From: Perna viridis
Taxonomy: Eukaryota
Assembly (NCBI GenBank): GCA_037379345.1
Contig: CM074518.1
Coordinates: 17,732,001-17,796,000 of the forward strand
Direction: 5' to 3'
DNA: 64,000 nucleotides
Shown: piece by piece, positions 10,820-25,875 of the stretch
Position numbering within the stretch: the first letter of the stretch is position 1
Layout of the letters: every line of letters begins with the position of its first letter
Notes under the pieces: model-generated
The model's database searches: none
The model's input: the letters and a program-made list of their open reading frames with translations, nothing else
Told to the model about the DNA's origin: nothing
Made by a program: the position numbers and the translations under genes

Positions 10820-13800
10820 TCAAAATTCATCATGCCGTGTGAGAGCTTCACCAAAATCTGTTGCTTGACTTCCTACGAATGTATCATAATGTTCTAGAAT
10901 TTCATCTTTACTGAGCTTACCATCCTGTAAAAAATTAAAAGAATAGAATAAATAAAAAAATCTTAAAGTTGATCACCATGAAAGTATATACTGCTCCCCA
11001 ATTAGTACTGGATGATAAAATGGTCATTCAACAATTAATAAAATTTTAAATGAAGAACCTTACTTTTTCAAGTCTTGTTTCTCATGAAATATACTTGTAC
11101 ATGTACATAGAAGAAAATCTGTCCTTTCTCCTTATATAAGTAGCTCAGCTATGTTTCATTAGTAAGATATACCCCATCCCTTTCTAATCACTAAGCATTT
11201 AAAGCCTGCCACAATGTACTTAATCTCCTCCAATTTTATACTTTCAAATCATAGTTCATAAAAACATTAGTTTTGGTCATACCACTTCATAGATATAGAT
11301 AATTGACACTCAATTAGATGTATTTTGCAAAGTCATAACTTTACCTACCTCAGTACCATAAGAATAAGCAATACAACAAAGGTGATTGATATGTAAATGC
11401 TTCACAAGTGCATTTAACATAACAACCAATGCAACTTATTCTTATAATCACTGCTTTGAAGAAAATCAATTTTGTATCATGTCATACCAAGAGTGAAGCT
11501 TCATTATAATTGAAATTCCATTATAAACTATTGCAAAAACGGAGAAAAAAACATAACCCAAAATAGTATAAAAAAGCAGAATATCAGAAATATTTCAATA
11601 AAAATTTAAAAAATTACCAATACTATATTTACCTCTCCAAAATATAATATATACACAAAACAATTTGATCATTCAGATAGATCTAGGTAACACATATATT
11701 TATGTTAGAAATTTCAAGAGGAAACAATATGTAACCTTGCAAGAAAGAGAATGCATAATGAAAGTAGAAGTACAGACCTTCATTTAGGTACCATAAAGAT
11801 ACTTTTTTTCGAAAGATAGAACTTAATATTTTCCATATAAATGAAACTGTTCTCATTGATTGATTTCTCAAGTTTTAGTTTTGTGATGCTGGGACCAGGA
11901 ATGTTTTCAAAATCACTAATATAGATGGACTGTTGTTTTTTTATCTTTAAAATATCTGAAATCAAACCCTTCCTCACTTGACGCACAAGTCATGATTGAA
12001 GTACACCTAGTAAGATTGTACAACAAATAGTATTTTTTTTATAAACTAAACCAAATACCAAAACAAAATCCAATACCAAAATTCAGAATGAAGGACCTAA
12101 AAGTTAACAACATGCAAAAAAATCCCTGAGAAAATGATATGAACATAATGTGGAAACATGTGTAACAGACAACAATTGGTACTAACATTCTGCAGGGTAA
12201 TTGTGATAAACTATGGGATTGGTGCAAATTTTCGTGTTTTATTAAAAATATGCAACAGGAACTTCTATTTGTACATTCAAAATTAAAAGAACGAACACTT
12301 ATTGTAATATTACTATGAAGAATTAAGAAGAGAAGTCATAGAAAAATTTTGTTTATAAGCCATGTTCAAGAAAATTAATGTTAGTTTACTTATTTATAGT
12401 TGTATCCCTCGACTACTTTTATTTATCTACTTTTTAATATAATAGACAGTTAAGGAACTGTATGTCAGATTAATTACACAAAATGACAGTGAACCTTTCA
12501 AAGTTGAAGAAGCAGGAGTAAATGAAATGTTATTAGCATGATGTGATGTAAAGAACACAGGTAGTATAGTACATGCTAAGGAACAGGACTATGAAGTATC
12601 AAAGCACCTTAAAAGAAAAATAGAATTACATCATGAATGATAAGGAAACATTAGGAATAAGCTATGAAAGGACCTGAGACATATTACACAAGTTTCCACA
12701 TCATGTAATCATTTTCGGCCAATAAGATTTGTTTTTACAAACCTTGTTGGAATCAGATTCATAAATCAAGTGCTTGGCCTCAGCATCAGTATGATCATAA
12801 TCTGGGGGAATTATCCAATCTTTTACTTCTTCATGGTCCATTTTTCCATCAGAATTTTTATCACGATATGTGTTAAACTGTTCCCTTTCATTTTTGACCC
12901 ATTCAGGCTCTTCCCCATCCTGATTTGGCCACATGTCACCTACAAAGGTCAAAAGGTTAGAGGTCAATGTTAACATTTAAAGTCATGTAAACAAACCTTA
13001 TCATTATCAGCTGTGAAAACTAGATGCTGTGCTTCTGACTCGCTATGATCATAGTCCTCTGGTATGATCCATTCCTTGACTTCTTCAAAGTTAAGTTTTC
13101 CATCCTTATCTTTGTCACGGTATGACTTAAACTGTTCTTTCTCACTCTCAACCCAGTCAGGGGCCCCATCATGATCCTCCTCATCATCATCTTCATCATC
13201 CTCATCATAAACATCAGCTACAATGTACTCAATGTAATCATCTCATGACATTTTTTTTAATGTGGATAAAATGATAAGTGAAAAAATTTATTTTGACACC
13301 ATCAACATGAACTGGTTTTTCTGAGGAAGTTTCGGATGTACCGTATTTAATATACTTTGACCTAATGATAATTTTTCAAAAGATTTTTACCTGTTAATGT
13401 ATAATCATGTTCAAAGATCTGATTGGTTTCACAGTAGTTATACATGTAGGTAATATAATTTCAGATAGACTTTTGAATTTGATTTTATTTTAAAGAATAA
13501 AGATAAATTAACAGAATTGTGCCAACAGGAGACTTGTCCCCACCCCTTATTGAAACATGAATGAGTTTCAATTATCCCACAATTAATCGCTTGTGGTATC
13601 AAGTTCAAGATCAAATTAAAAATAACAAATTATTGATAATGACACATGTTTTATGGTGATTTTTTTTGTTGCATTAATCTAATTTTGTCAATTTCAGATG
13701 TTTGTCCACTATTTCCAAGTTATATGCTGTGCATGCAGCATGACACTTGGTTAGAAATGAGTGATTTCGCCTTAATGTCAACAGTGTTTTATAATGTTGG

Positions 13801-16800
13801 TCATTAATGTGTCTTTGTGTCGTCGTTTAAGATTTTAGTTTATTTTGAAGAAGTGTCATGGTTCTGTGTTAATGAATTTTATTACCTTTGTTGTCAGGCC
13901 TTTAAGAGCTAACTTGAAGGTGTGTTAACATTTATTGAAGACCTTTTGGTGATCTCTGGAAATATTTACTATTTTTTATAAAGGTTATACAATGTTGTAT
14001 TTTACCATATCAGTTCCTTATTCTATTGTCAATCTAGAAAGTTCATCAAAGAACTAAATTTTTCACCTGGATATCTGGTGATCAGGTTTTCACCTGGATG
14101 TCTGGTGATCAGGTTTTTACCAGGATGTCTGGTGATCAAGTTTTCCAGTTTGTTTCAAAAACTAAATCATGATAAAGAGAGTTGAAGTCTAAAATAAAAG
14201 TCAAACATTCAATGCAATCAATCCAGCTCAAGCTGTGTAGTAAATTATCATTTCAATTCAAGATTTCCAAGTTTAGCCTAAAAAAAATGAGGGGAAGGAC
14301 ATTCAGAATTTTCTTTATGACTCAATGACTAAGTATACCTATATATTCTTCAAGACTGATAAATCCATCTTTGTCCTTGTCAATGTCTTCCATTGTTTCC
14401 TACAAGAATAAGTACATATCTCATCACACAATAATGCTCCTGAATGATATAGAACTTGGCTTGACACATTAATTATTTCAAATCATTTGAAAATTAAGTG
14501 TGATATAGAACTTGGCTCGACAAATTAATTATTTCAAATCATCTGAAAATTAAGTGTGATATAGAACTTGGCTCGACAAATTAATTATTTCAAATAATTG
14601 AAAATTAAGTGTGATATAGAACAATGCTCGACAATTTAATCATTTGAAATCATTTGAAAATTAAGTGAGTTCAGCTTCTGAATAGTTAGAATGTAAACAA
14701 AGCATCATTGTAATTCTTGTGTGTGAAAAATGAAAACTAAAAGAAGGAAGAAGTATTAAATTGTATTGCTTTTCATTACATACAGTGTACATCAAATGAT
14801 TCCATGATATATTTTTCTGATGTACATCATGTAAATAAAGAATGCATATGTCAAGAGATCTTTATAACACAATTGCTGACAAAGTATTTAGTTCCCTTCA
14901 TATTCTGATTAGACAGAAAACCACCAATAAACATCTAGATATTATAATAATTATATCAGAGAGGAACTTTCAATTTCTGCATAATTTTGATATTATTGCC
15001 AAACATCCAATAACTTCTTAATGCCAAGATTCATTCATTATTATCACTTTAAAATATGCAAACAGGTCTTTTCAAAGAGATGGACATTTTGCCCCACCCC
15101 TCTACAATTATTTTTAAAATCTTGGAATCAACATAAAAAATATTTGGTGTTTTAGTTATATGTAATGATATCACAACAGTAAACAGTATTGTGACATCAT
15201 ACATTGTATCGATCTACAAATTTTATACTTACACCTTTTTTTGTGAAATTAACTTTTAGTCTCCATTGTCACTTTTGTTTCTATTTCACCCATCTTTCCC
15301 TAACATGAATATATACATGTAATACCTGTACTACTATATCTCTCATATGGTCTGCCTCCTCTGGATGAGTAAAATGAGAAAATTCTGTTTTGTCTAACTT
15401 CCCATCTTTATTTTTATCAGCAGCTTTCCACCTCCTTTCATCACGGTTGATCATATCTTTGTAACTGAAGTTTGGTGAATTTTCATCATTGTGATCTGTA
15501 AAATAAAAACAATGTAAGTTTACACTATTATGCCAAAACCAACAATCAAGATTTTTTCATGATTTCTAGTTTTCTTGCACATCAATTAAAGCTTGAAATT
15601 TAACCAGGCAACAAAAATGTAAAATATCAAGCAACTATTTAGTTTCAAAGGTAAGAACTGAGCAAAATGTCCAGATTTCAAATGAATTTCATTGTTTCAA
15701 AACATTTCATAGTTAACAACAGATTTTTTAGCTCTCTAAAATAAAGAAATAAAAATATGGCATTATTGAAAATTTAAGTAATACCCCACCACGTAATGGT
15801 AAAAAAAGGTCAAAATAATAAAAAAGGCCTAACTCTTAAACTTCATTTTGTATTTTGCTGAAAATTGAACAAAACCACTATGTTATGGTTTTTAACAACC
15901 GTGCAGTTAAAAATTCATTGACCCGTTCGTTCTTGAGGTAACATCAGGAAACTGTCAGACACACAACTTTTCCAAGAGTATCACATTATACATTGCCACT
16001 ACGTATTGCAGTATATAAAAAATTGTATATAGACTATAACATTCTTCAAAATTAGTACCAATCAGACAGCCAATGCTGGTAAAAATAGCAGTGGGCTTGC
16101 AGAAATTTGCTCCCAAGCCAATGTATCTCATATAAAATTCTTTTCAGATTAAGGGTAAGGGCTTCTTGTCTAAAATGTAGACAATAAAGACTGCTATAAT
16201 AGGCTGGAACTGAAGAAACTACTGAAAATAAAGAAGCTTGAAGCCATATGGAGTTTGAAAACAGAAGAAAAAGTAAAAAACAAATAATATATCACAGCAG
16301 TCATGAATTTAAATGTTTACCTAGAATAACCCACTTTCAGCAGGAAATAACTTTTTTTTAAAAATGAGATAAGACAACCTACATGCAAGGGAAATAAACC
16401 TGTCCCAAGTAGATACCTTACCAGTTTTGTTTGTATTCCCTATAGCAGTAAAAATACAAATATAAGACACAATAGAATTTGGTGAGTAGAGGATTAGACA
16501 TACATTGTAAAACCAAGAGGTGAGATAAGGAGTACTATTACTGATACATTGTACAATTAAACCTGTCTATTAGGCAAACAAAAATATTTTTTCTGTTTCC
16601 TGCTACCCTACCTACCTTAGATATTGTGTACCTCCCCAAAACATTTTATGGGCATTTTTGCTCAAGCTCTGTCAAAGTCTTGATTGTTTTCCTTTTAAAT
16701 CAATGTAAAATGTTTTTCAAGAATAAAAAATTTCCCAACTGACCTACCCTATTTTTTACTTGCTGGTAAGCAGGAAACAAGACAATTATTTTTTTGCCTT

Positions 16801-19705
16801 AAATTGTGTCAGGAATAAACTAGAAACCTGTCTTAACAGACACCTCTACATCAATTTTTCAGTCTGAAAAGTTTTGCTGTACCTGGTATGTGGTAGTTAA
16901 TGCTGATTAATGTGAAATCATAAATTTAATGAAGTAGCTCTGTAAGACACATCATTCTAACAAAATATACATGTACAAGTACCCAATACATTAAATACAA
17001 CAGCTATTGAAATAGTACTTTTTTCATTCAATTACGAGCTAATAATATAATTGATTTTGTTCCAAATACATAGGCTTATACAGCATCTGCAAACCATAAT
17101 TCATAGATGTTAGCTTAACCAAGTTATAAGCTTCTTTTTGACATTTCATTGGGTAAGCCTAGCAAGTATTATATCTGACTGATATTTTTCTTTTTTGTTT
17201 TTTAAAATTGGTCAATCATACAATGTACCAAACTGTTATTCTTACCATCATCAAAACCATAGGTTCTTTTTTTATAAGATTCCCACGTAAGAGTTCCATC
17301 CTCTACCTCATGATCTTTCCACATTCTGTCAGTATCTGTGGTGATATAACGTTTCTGGACATACTGTATCCATTCCCTTAATTCTTCCTCTGTGACCTCC
17401 CCATCTTTGTTCTTATCAATTTTATCAACAATAAATCTGAAAATGTAAAGTGTAACATGCAGACCTGTTACTTGGCTAACAAAAGTTCCAAAAGTACCAA
17501 GTAAGTATATGTACTGCATACGGTAGATGTGGATTTTCATTTTTGTATCCTTATTTACATGTACATATAGTTATTAAGTCCACATCAATATAAGTTTGAT
17601 ATTGCCAATATAAAGGTGATGCAAGGTACAGATAAAATTATGCTTTTTTGGTATACATATGTATTGTGCCTTATTTTTATGTAACTATTGTTCTTTCTAC
17701 ATCTGTATATACAGATTTTTATTTCATAGAAAACCATAAATTCCTCTCTTTTATAAATTAATCAAAGCAAGAACAATAACGTTAGAAAAGTGACAATTTT
17801 ATACATCCGATTCCAAATGATCATGTGGTCTTTAGATACTTCTGAGTTAAAAATTCACATGCATAAAGACTCTGCAACTTAATTACAATAAACTCATTGA
17901 ATTTGGGTTCTGGCATAAATGTAAATTTTTCAAGATACTCCCCTGAAATAAACCTTTACTTTAAGGTGAAAACCTTAAATTTTTGCATAGGAACATACAA
18001 TGTATATTTTGTATATGTAGGTTGTTTTGGCAATGTCCAATCAAGCAGCTTCTACTTGTCCTCTTACAATAGGACAAAGTCATTCAAGTATTACAATACA
18101 ATGACACAAAACAGGCAAAATCCTTACTATGGGATTTGCAATTTCAAGGAACGTGTACATGTATGTGTTGATCTGTACTGTACTTACCCAAGTCTTTCCT
18201 TGCTTTCCTCTGGTGTCAGATCATCAAATGTTTTAGATTCTTCTTTTCCTAGAAATGCCTCATGGTCATAATCATTGTTATGTTCACCATTCTCTTCATG
18301 TGTCAAGTCACTTAATTTCTGACAGAAAAACAATTTATGATTTCAACTATCAATTTAAGTTGTTTATAGAGTACATATTTGTTCATAATGATAAAACAAA
18401 TCATGAGTGTACAGGTACAAGATCACAATTAACTCCCCTTGATTTTTTCGTTGTATATAAATATAGTTCTTGTTTTAGAGTGTCTCTTCCTGAATTTATT
18501 TTTGCTTTCTTAAACTTTATTGCTTTATATTCGCTGCAGAAATGTAGGGCAAGGATCAAAATTACAAGAGATCTTCTTTCATTCTGTAATTTTATTTTTT
18601 TGTGGAAATTGTGATTTGGCCCTGTGGAAAAAGGTCAAAATCGATGACATTTGGCAGTGGTCACTTTTCATGTCTGCAGGGTCTCCAAAGTATACATGTA
18701 GGTGTTATTAAAAATGGTGAATTTTTCAGAAACTCACAGAAAACTGGTTTTATATATGTTTCTATATTTAATAGTGAAGTTTTACTGAGTTTGAAATGGT
18801 GAAATTTTTCTTTTTGTCAAAATGTGCATTGATTAGCACTGCGAAATTAATTGTGGTCTTGTAAATGTACCTACAAGTACATGTAACTACCAAATGTACA
18901 ATGTACATACATGTACATGTAGTTCCCTTTAACATCTGCAACATTCTAGGAATTGAAGTATCCAACCAACATTTACTGAATAGAAAAAATATTCTGATCT
19001 TAAGTACATGTAAATATCTTGTGAAGTGCTCAGATTAGATTGCAAATGGAAACAGTTAAGAGTACAGGGCTCAAATTTCACTGGGAAAACAGTTTAATGG
19101 CTTTCTCGTTTAATTTAATATGTGTTCATACATCTTTAGATTTACGAATAGTTACATCATTGTTGGTATTATACAATTTTGTAAAATTTCCATATGGGGT
19201 TAAAATAAGATCTTGCTACATGAATTTCAAAACTCCTTAGAATCCTGGACTGTGCTCTTTATGGAAAGGTGCTAATACCAGAATTAGGAACAGTTTCCCC
19301 AAATAATTATACAAAATGATACAAATGTACATGTACATGTATAGATGTACTTGTATATGTATATTTAGTTTTTCATAACACAAGCTATTTGAGTTGCTGG
19401 ATACACTTTGATGCATTATCATCATAAACAGGATAGTACATGTACTTCAAAATTAATATGGTTAACATTTATATGTACCTTAATCTGGAAATGTGTCAGT
19501 GTGTTGAATTATAAAAGTTATTTTGTCACTGCCCCTGTTGGCCCTTGATTGTTACAATGTACATGTATAACAAAATACTTCAAACTTTGAACTATACCTT
19601 GTCATGAATTCTATTTTTATGGTCTTCTTCTCCTGGTTTTGGAATGGCTGAGCAGTATGTAACACTTAATAGTCCAAGCACTACATAGACAGTGGAGGCT
19701 CTCAT
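10820..19705 (-). CDS. CALU: Calumenin (CREC-family multi-EF-hand secretory-pathway Ca2+-binding protein), about 320 or 328 aa
   Basis: GT-AG coding exons with consistent phases: 19705-19598 (signal peptide [20 protein letters not shown]), 18318-18188 ([22 protein letters not shown]), 17436-17246, 15495-15326, 14399-14339, then either 13217-12997 or 12939-12743, then 10924-10820 ending [23 protein letters not shown] is the calumenin C-terminal signature. Confidence 0.96.
12743..12939 (-). CDS. CALU: Calumenin alternative penultimate exon B
   Basis: AG..GT bounded, 197 nt, phase 1 to 0, open: [66 protein letters not shown]. Confidence 0.92.
12997..13217 (-). CDS. CALU: Calumenin alternative penultimate exon A (acidic linker variant)
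   Basis: AG..GT bounded, 221 nt, phase 1 to 0, open: [74 protein letters not shown]. Confidence 0.9.
14060..14145. repeat. Intronic minisatellite, 27-bp unit x3
   Basis: TTTTCACCTGGAT(A/G)TCTGGTGATCAGG repeated three times. Confidence 0.9.
14445..14668. repeat. Intronic minisatellite, about 56-bp unit x4
   Basis: TGATATAGAACTTGGCTCGACAAATTAATTATTTCAAATCATTTGAAAATTAAGTG repeated four times. Confidence 0.92.
16571..16801. mobile_element. Small MITE-like element
   Basis: Imperfect TIRs TAGGCAAA..TGTTTCCTGCTACC / GGTAAGCAGGAAACA..TTTGCCTTA. Confidence 0.55.
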
Positions 19706-20368
19706 TTTGATTGTTAAAATTTCTAAAAGAAAACAAACATACTATTACATGTAAATGTACATATTGTACATTTTAAGTACTTCTCATGTAAAGGGAGTTT
19801 TAATTTTTATATTAAAGAGCCATGGCATAATAGGCCCCAGTCAATACTAATAGGGAGTTTTATCAGTAATCTGTACTTTTTCCTTTGATCATATTAACAT
19901 ATTTCTCTATCTCTCATACATAAGAAGATATTTGGAAGTATCCATCCTTTGGAAGTAAAAGTGAGGCAATAATTGGATTACCAATGAACAAAATAATATG
20001 GAGTAGGCATTGTCTATAAGCAAGCACAGCATTTCTTTTAGATCAGTATTAGGTTTCAATAGTTGTAGGCACATGAGCAGTAGTTAGTCAGCAGATCTAG
20101 AGAGCACTGACTATTCATATTTACGTGAATTTGAAATAAAAATGAAAACATTTTACATACCAATATACAAAATGTATACTTATACTCTTCTTTTGTTATT
20201 TAAGCTAGATTTTAGATGTTCAAGAAATCGTTTCTGTTTTTAAAAGTACTATTGGGGAGACTTATTGTTATTTTACATTCTCTCCACGATATTATCACTT
20301 CCTGTGCCTGTTGAAATAGAGCTCTCAATTCTCACTATAATGTGTCTTGTAAAGTATATAAGACATCT

Positions 20369-20550
20369 TAGGCCAAAGAAAAACGATTGTTGGTTTCTCC
20401 TAACCTGATCAGGTCTCCTTCAACCTGCTAGATTGTTCTCTCTTTTTTTTTAACAAATTAAAAAAAAAAAGAACAAAAAATCCCTGTCTGACTGGTTCAA
20501 TATTTTCTCCCATGTTAGGGGAAACCAACAATAATTTTTCTTAAGCCTTA
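20369..20550. mobile_element. Small MITE-like element (same AGGC..GCCT terminal style)
   Basis: TAGGCCAAAGAAAAACGATTGTTGGTTTCTCCTAAC is the inverted counterpart of GTTAGGGGAAACCAACAATAATTTTTCTTAAGCCTTA. Confidence 0.6.
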
Positions 20551-21024
20551 CATAAATGTTTATTACATTCCTTTTTTAAGCTTTCTAAAGATATATTCTA
20601 CATACAATTACAGATTCCTTAGAATAGCTACTTTGAATTATGATATATGTACTAACATACGAACGAGATTCCCTGACATTTTCACTAAAATATCAAACTA
20701 CTTTTTCCCTTTTTGATGAAATGATCTCAAATTATTGTTGCAGACGCCCAGAAGACGTTTAAATGAGTACTGAATATTTTATTCAATTATCTTTAAAAAA
20801 AATGTTGTGATAAGTTAATTAGAAAATAATCTGTTTAATTTTGCAAAAAGTCTTCTGTTAGGCCAAGGGACAATATATAAAAATAAAACTCCCGGCCCTT
20901 GTCAGGCCCGAGGACAACTTATGCAGATGAGTGTCGAATTGCATAGATATTGTCCTCGAAGATAATTGTCATTCAAATAATCGCGGTGATTTCACGGTTC
21001 TGAAGTAAATACAAAATTACTTAC

Positions 21025-21260
21025 CGGTTACTCCTTGCACCTGCTGATAAAATTAATATAGAAATCAATACACATTAACTATAAAATGCAGCTGTGCCTG
21101 AGAAAAGTCGATTTATTATTGTTTTCTTTTATACCTACACCGACGAAGGTGGAGACAACTCTGAGCTACACGTTGCAACTGAAGTTGGCCAATCAACACA
21201 TTTCAAAGTCGCCTCGGGGAAACCAAAGGCACACAAAACAAATATTGTGATTGGTTCCTG
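21025..21260 (-). promoter_or_regulatory. Candidate calumenin non-coding first exon and promoter
   Basis: Minus-strand donor G|GTAAGT at 21024; the first coding exon has an acceptor at 19723-19724, so an upstream exon is needed. CCAAT boxes at 21189-21193 and 21250-21254; CpGs reappear here. Confidence 0.5.
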
Positions 21261-24200
21261 TATTTAAGCTACATTCCTGGCATTTGCCAGCGTGGCAGAG
21301 AAATTTGATATGAAGCAAAATCGCTATTCTTCAAAATGCTATTCTAGAAAATTCTTCTAGAGAATTTGCAGACTGCAAAATCAAGGTCAAATATTAATAA
21401 ATATAAAAAAAAATCTTTAAGAAGTACTTTATGTGTGTGTGCGTGTGTGTGTAATGGGGGGGGGGGGGGTTTCCATCAGTAATTTTTAGATCTTTTCTGC
21501 TTATAGTTCAAGGAGGTGATTAACATTTCCGAATAATGATATATATATCTAAATATATATATATATCAGTTGATGATCAATATATGAATATTTGCATATT
21601 AATCAGTGCCGACTAAGATATGTTCTTTTTTTGTTTTTTGTTTTGCCACGGTACCCAACCAAAGACCTGTATTTAATTACAGGTCTTCGACCTATCCCAA
21701 AATGTCTTCGAAGTGGGAGCAATCGTCTTTAAAAATTGCTTCTTTTGTAAAAATGATATGTATAAGTTAATCAACCCTAATTTATTCAATTAGCTTATTT
21801 GCATCATGATCTAGCGTTACCCCATTCATTTGCCACGGTTTGCAGTGATGATGTAAGAATTGGTGATGTGCTCAAAAACACGTGTACTCCTCAACATTAG
21901 TCATGTAACAACTCACTTCCTTTGCCTCTTCACATATCTGATATAGCCTCCGCTTGTCTCCCCAAGTTTGTGTTCCGAATGCAACTATATAATTTATTGT
22001 TTGTTTTATTTAACTTTCATGCGAGAGAGGATAGTGAAAGTTATAAATTAAACCTGTCTCTAGAAAAAAGTGGACGCGAGAAATGTGTCATGATAACGAA
22101 AACATTCAACCCTCACTTTGTGTCAACCCTATCACACAGTGAACAAAATAAATAGCCAGACAGTCTATAGTATGTGCATTCAATATCAAATCGCCAGATT
22201 TTGAGCAACATGTCCAACTATTTTGGTTCCTGAAATGAGAAATATATATCGGTTTAGCGAAATGGACATATCACAGTAATGTACTGACACCCAATAAAAA
22301 CAAAACTAAAATAACGCAAAAATAGGCCAAATTAACCCAAAACTAAACTCAAAATAACACGGGATTAGGCCATAACTATAAGTAAGTATTACAGCTGTGT
22401 CAAGTAAACAAATACACGTCCAATGTAATGTTTGATCCGATTTTCAGAAACGTTATAATTAAATAATAACAAATACTATAATACTCGAACACTGTACGTG
22501 TACACTGGAGGATTTCAATACTATAAATAAATTCATTTAGCCAATTTTCCCATGCGCGTGATATTTATTTTGCTATATCGTGGATTTTGCAATATATCAA
22601 GCTGTAGAGATATTATAAAAAAACAAACAAATAAACAAACAAAACAAAACAAAAATACCCCACCCAAATGACTATTTCAAGATACTCCAGCATTATCATC
22701 AGACCATGCCAAGACAAACCGCTTCAAAATCCAACTTTAGACTCTGCTGAGATAGTAGATACATTAATGACCACATCTGTACTATCACGTTAGCAAAGAT
22801 AATTAGTACCTGTAGGGGCAGATCAGAAATTTTGAGGGGTATTTCTTGGCATGTACTCGTGCGTTTTGTCTGGCGGATATCAATCATGGTTGATATATAA
22901 GGGTGGTGTTTTTACCGGTTATAATTTCCTATATATCACAATGTCAAAAATATGGGCAATATTTTCATCTAAGATATATGTATATATACAAACTTGACGT
23001 ATCGAGTGTATTTTTCATCAGCTGCATTTTAGTTAGCGAATGATCTATATACAAAGTCAATATAGAAGGAGGTAATAAAGACAAAAACAAATCGCAAAAT
23101 AAGAAGAAAAAACAGCCATCAATAAGACAAGAGGGTAGTGGGTGTGACCTCTTGTCACTAAACAAACCAATCAGTGGCAAATCCAGTTATGGACCCAACT
23201 TTTGGTTGGAAAATTGTGTTGAACTTGAGCAACATTTGGGTTAAATAATGTAAATAGCCATGGACCCACCTTCGGAAATGTTTAATGTCTTACCACTTGT
23301 AAAACCAAGTACAAATATATATACCGATACAAGTGCCAATCCCATCATATGACGGGCAATAGCGAGACTATGCATACAGCAATAGTAATTAAACCATAGT
23401 TGTTAACCTTCAAACGCTCAAAAGCGGGAGATCTCCCGCTCATTTTGTTTTCAAAGCGGAAGATCCGGCATAACTGTACTTGCAAGGTCATAAGCAATCC
23501 CAGCACCCCAATAGGGCTATTCACAGGTATTTGAAATAAAAATAGCTTAATTCACATAAGTAATAGAATAAAAATTAATCAATTGCACTATAATAAACAA
23601 ATTCTGATTATAACTTGCCAGTACCAAGTCAGGACCATTGCAGTGATTTTCCAAATTTCCAGTTTTCGCCCCGATATTGCCATTTGCTTTTACACTATTC
23701 CTTTTGACTACTGCTTATATTTTATCACTACGGTATAATTTTGTTTTTACCCTTCATATAATAATGGAACCAAACTATCAATATGGCTAGGGCTCCTAAT
23801 AAAGAACACGGCCAGGATCACTAGAATAAGTCATTAGAGAATCCTTTGATCCAAGTAGATGTTCGAAACACCTCATGGTCGAGAGTTTGGGTATGATTAT
23901 GTAACATTTACTGATGTATATTTTACGTCTAGTAATGAAACTTATTTCGACTTTCAACTCAAATGAATTTCACTGCAACACTTTCTCCTGGAAGTAAATT
24001 CGCAGATTGTGATTGGAAAAGGAACTGTAGTGTTTTTATTTTAACTTAAACAGTATTTTATGTATTTAGTGAGCGTTAAAAAGTAGTACATGTTTACATG
24101 CATCACATTCCAATAAGGATTCACAAAGAATGTTATTGTGAAAGGCAACAAATGCTATGGACAGCGTATAACCTGAATACAAAATAGTAAATATTTTCAG

Positions 24201-24749
24201 AGATCACCAAAGTGTCTTCATAAAATAAGTGTAAAAGTGTAGCGCTGAAAGGCCAAACAAAATAATAAAATCCACGGTAACAGAACGCTAATACTTCTTA
24301 GAAATAAACTAGAAATCAAACACATGAATGACCAATGTCGACTAGCTATGGACAGTCGTATGTCTGTGGTGGGTTTAAACTAGTTTTACAAGGCCATGAC
24401 CATCCCCTTTAATGTTAGCTACGGTAAAATATAAGCTGAAACAGTAAACAAAACCTCTCAATAAATTACTCAAATATTCTCTGTGGAATAAACCTTAACA
24501 TCACACTATATATGCATATAAACAAGATAAGATATCTAATTAAAGAAAGTTACTGAAAACTAGCGTAGAACATATCAAAGAAAGACAATACCGTCAAACC
24601 ACCAGCATATAATAGAAATGACTATATTCGCTAAATTGCTCAATCGGACCATGGTGGTGTTAATACACTATAATGAAATATATAATGAGCAAAATTTTCA
24701 GTCAACAAATGACCATCTTCATTGCCTTAAGTAAACTGGGTGTGTATGA

Positions 24750-25875
24750 TTAAAAATACTTAGGAATATTTTTTTGCTAGAAGTGGAAGTTTTCTTACGA
24801 CTAGAAAATAGTTGAAAGTACAAGCAACAAAATCCATGTATAGTCTATTACAAAACTGTCGTAAACATAATTTATCTATTAAATGTCAATTAGATTTGTT
24901 TGAAAAAGCCGTTTTACCAATTATTTTGTACGGTTCAGGAATTTGGGGTTTTGAAAATCTTGATATTTTGGAGCAGGTTCAACTAAAATTCTACAAACTT
25001 ATTTTGAATCTTAAACAATCAACACCGAACTGTATAGTATACGGCGAGCTAGGGAGATTTCCTATTTCATTATCGGTAAAGATTAGAATGATAAAATTTT
25101 GGTGTCGTTTAGTAAATGGAGATGAGAATAAATTTTCTTCTATTCTTTGTAAATTATTGCATGTGAATTTTGTAAACTATGGCTTAGAAAGCAAGTGGTT
25201 GGCATTCATTAAACATATTTTTGATGAGTGTGGTGTATCGAATGTTTGGCGTAACCCAGAGTATTTTTCCGCCGATTGGATTGAAAAATGTGTTGAATTA
25301 AGACTAACTGATCAGTTCAAACAAAATTGGTCCTCTGATGTATTCAACTCTTCAAAAACATTAAATTATAGGATATTCAAGGTAGACTTTGGATTTGAAA
25401 AATATATATCTATTTTACCATCATATCTGATGTTTTATTTATGTAAATTTAGGTGTAGCTCCCACATATTACCAATTGAAGCGGGGAGGTGGACAGATAC
25501 ACCTAGAAACGAGAGATTACGTACGTTCTGTGATTCACACGATATAGGTGACGAATTTCATTATATTTTTTCTTGCAAGTTTTTAAGGGAGAAAAGGAAA
25601 AAATTCCTCCCAATTTATTGTTAAATTGGGCCAACTATTATCAATTTTATCACATTATTCAATACTGCTCATGTCGCTATTTTAGAAAATTTGGCAAAGT
25701 TTATAAAAGTTACTCTTTTTAAGGTCGTCCCTCCTGGTTAGATGACAACAATATTTTTACATAAATATGTACCATTCTTGTTACACATGCACTGTAAAAT
25801 TGTATCATTTTATATTATGTTTGCAATTTTTCGATAACATATGTTTATGAGAATAAAGTATTCATATTCATTGAA
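24750..25875 (+). mobile_element. 5'-truncated non-LTR retrotransposon 3' end (RTE-X/L2-like; clade uncertain)
   Basis: ORF 24812-25624 with PIILYGS.IWG, STPN..VYGELGRFP, KFRCSSHILPIEAGRW..C..IGDEFHYIFSC; 3' end GTTTATGAGAATAAAG followed by an ATTC-like tail. Confidence 0.85.

Noticed and set aside
14445-14668. CRISPR-like array
   Set aside because: Head-to-tail minisatellite without unique spacers, inside a eukaryotic intron.
21185-21320. ERSE/UPRE element in the calumenin promoter
   Set aside because: CCAAT and CCACG words are present but not at CCAAT-N9-CCACG spacing.
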